NCBI RefSeq assembly: GCF_001194135.2
Contig: NC_068985.1
Span: 106,411,462 to 106,475,461, forward strand
Direction: 5' to 3'
Source of the DNA: Octopus bimaculoides
Lineage: Eukaryota
DNA length: 64,000 nt
Position numbers and translations under genes: made by a program. The notes below the pieces were generated by a model, which did not search any database, was not told the DNA's origin, and saw nothing but the letters and a program-made list of their open reading frames with translations. Shown in pieces: positions 63,205-64,000 of the stretch. Numbering within the stretch: position 1 is the stretch's first letter; each line of letters starts with the position of its first letter.

Positions 63205-64000
63205 TCGAGCTGCTGAGGTGAGAGCAGCCAGTGCTATATGGTGTGATCTGGCGTAACGCGTGAGCAGGGACTGTACACACATTTATACATTCGTTAATAG
63301 ATATAAATACTTACACACAGACGGCATACGTTGACTAGCATATAATAGTACACAAAATACACACACACATACGTGTTTACGCATACACACGCGGTATTGC
63401 ATATAATACGTTAAGGTACAAAAGATTATACACGCTATCATTCATATAGGCATATACGCATACATGAATATGCATATAAATGTCTTTATATGTATGAGTA
63501 CATACTACACAGGTACACACAAAAAGACGCATATACACTCACACGCACACCCAACGCATATATTCATGTATTTGTGTGTACCCCCCAACCCCATGCACTC
63601 ATTCACAAACTTATACGTACGTGTAGATAAAAACATTATTCACGTCATTCTTACATTTCGATGCTAACATATACACGTGTATACATACCTCCTTACACAT
63701 ATGCACACTACATATTTGTATGTGTGTGCGAGCACTGTATATGTGTGCTACATACATAATTAACGACACAATTACTAGGTCTTGGGTTCGATCCCACTAC
63801 GTGACATCTTAAGCTAGGGTCTTTAGCCACGGGACAACCCAAAGATTGTGAGCGCAATTAGTTAAACGGAAATTCGTTGGTTACATTGTAGCTGCAATTC
63901 AAAAGTATACAATGTCACGTTGAATCTGGCTGAGGATTACGTTAAGACTACATGTGTTTGTGGAATATTCAGCCACTCGCACTAATTTAATGACCCGGTA

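Overview
AT-rich, microsatellite-laden eukaryotic genomic DNA with six assembly gaps. The repeat repertoire looks like an octopod cephalopod (Octopus-like); this is inferred from remembered SINE families, not from a search. The window holds one complete protein-coding gene that the ORF track does not assemble: a six-exon, minus-strand TMEM72-like four-pass membrane protein. Its CDS exons are 62990-62906, 25123-25063, 22367-22296, 17891-17758, 15336-15234 and 12679-12574 (561 nt, 186 aa, all GT-AG, phases 1/2/2/1/2, 37.8-kb first intron). The rest is transposon debris: several tRNA-derived and RTE-tailed SINE families, RTE-clade LINE relics, Tc1/mariner relics and MITEs, and piggyBac-type TTAA MITEs. 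Nearly all listed ORFs are microsatellite or gap artefacts. I found no convincing novel multi-gene system. The best leads are: a CpG-retaining island in intron 3 with an antisense ATG mini-exon; antisense exon signals around the TMEM72 5' end; an intronic X-box-like patch; a fold-back array of a tRNA-like ~290-bp unit; perfect hairpins sharing an AGAGC apex; and a duplicated segment with reciprocal filled/empty SINE sites.
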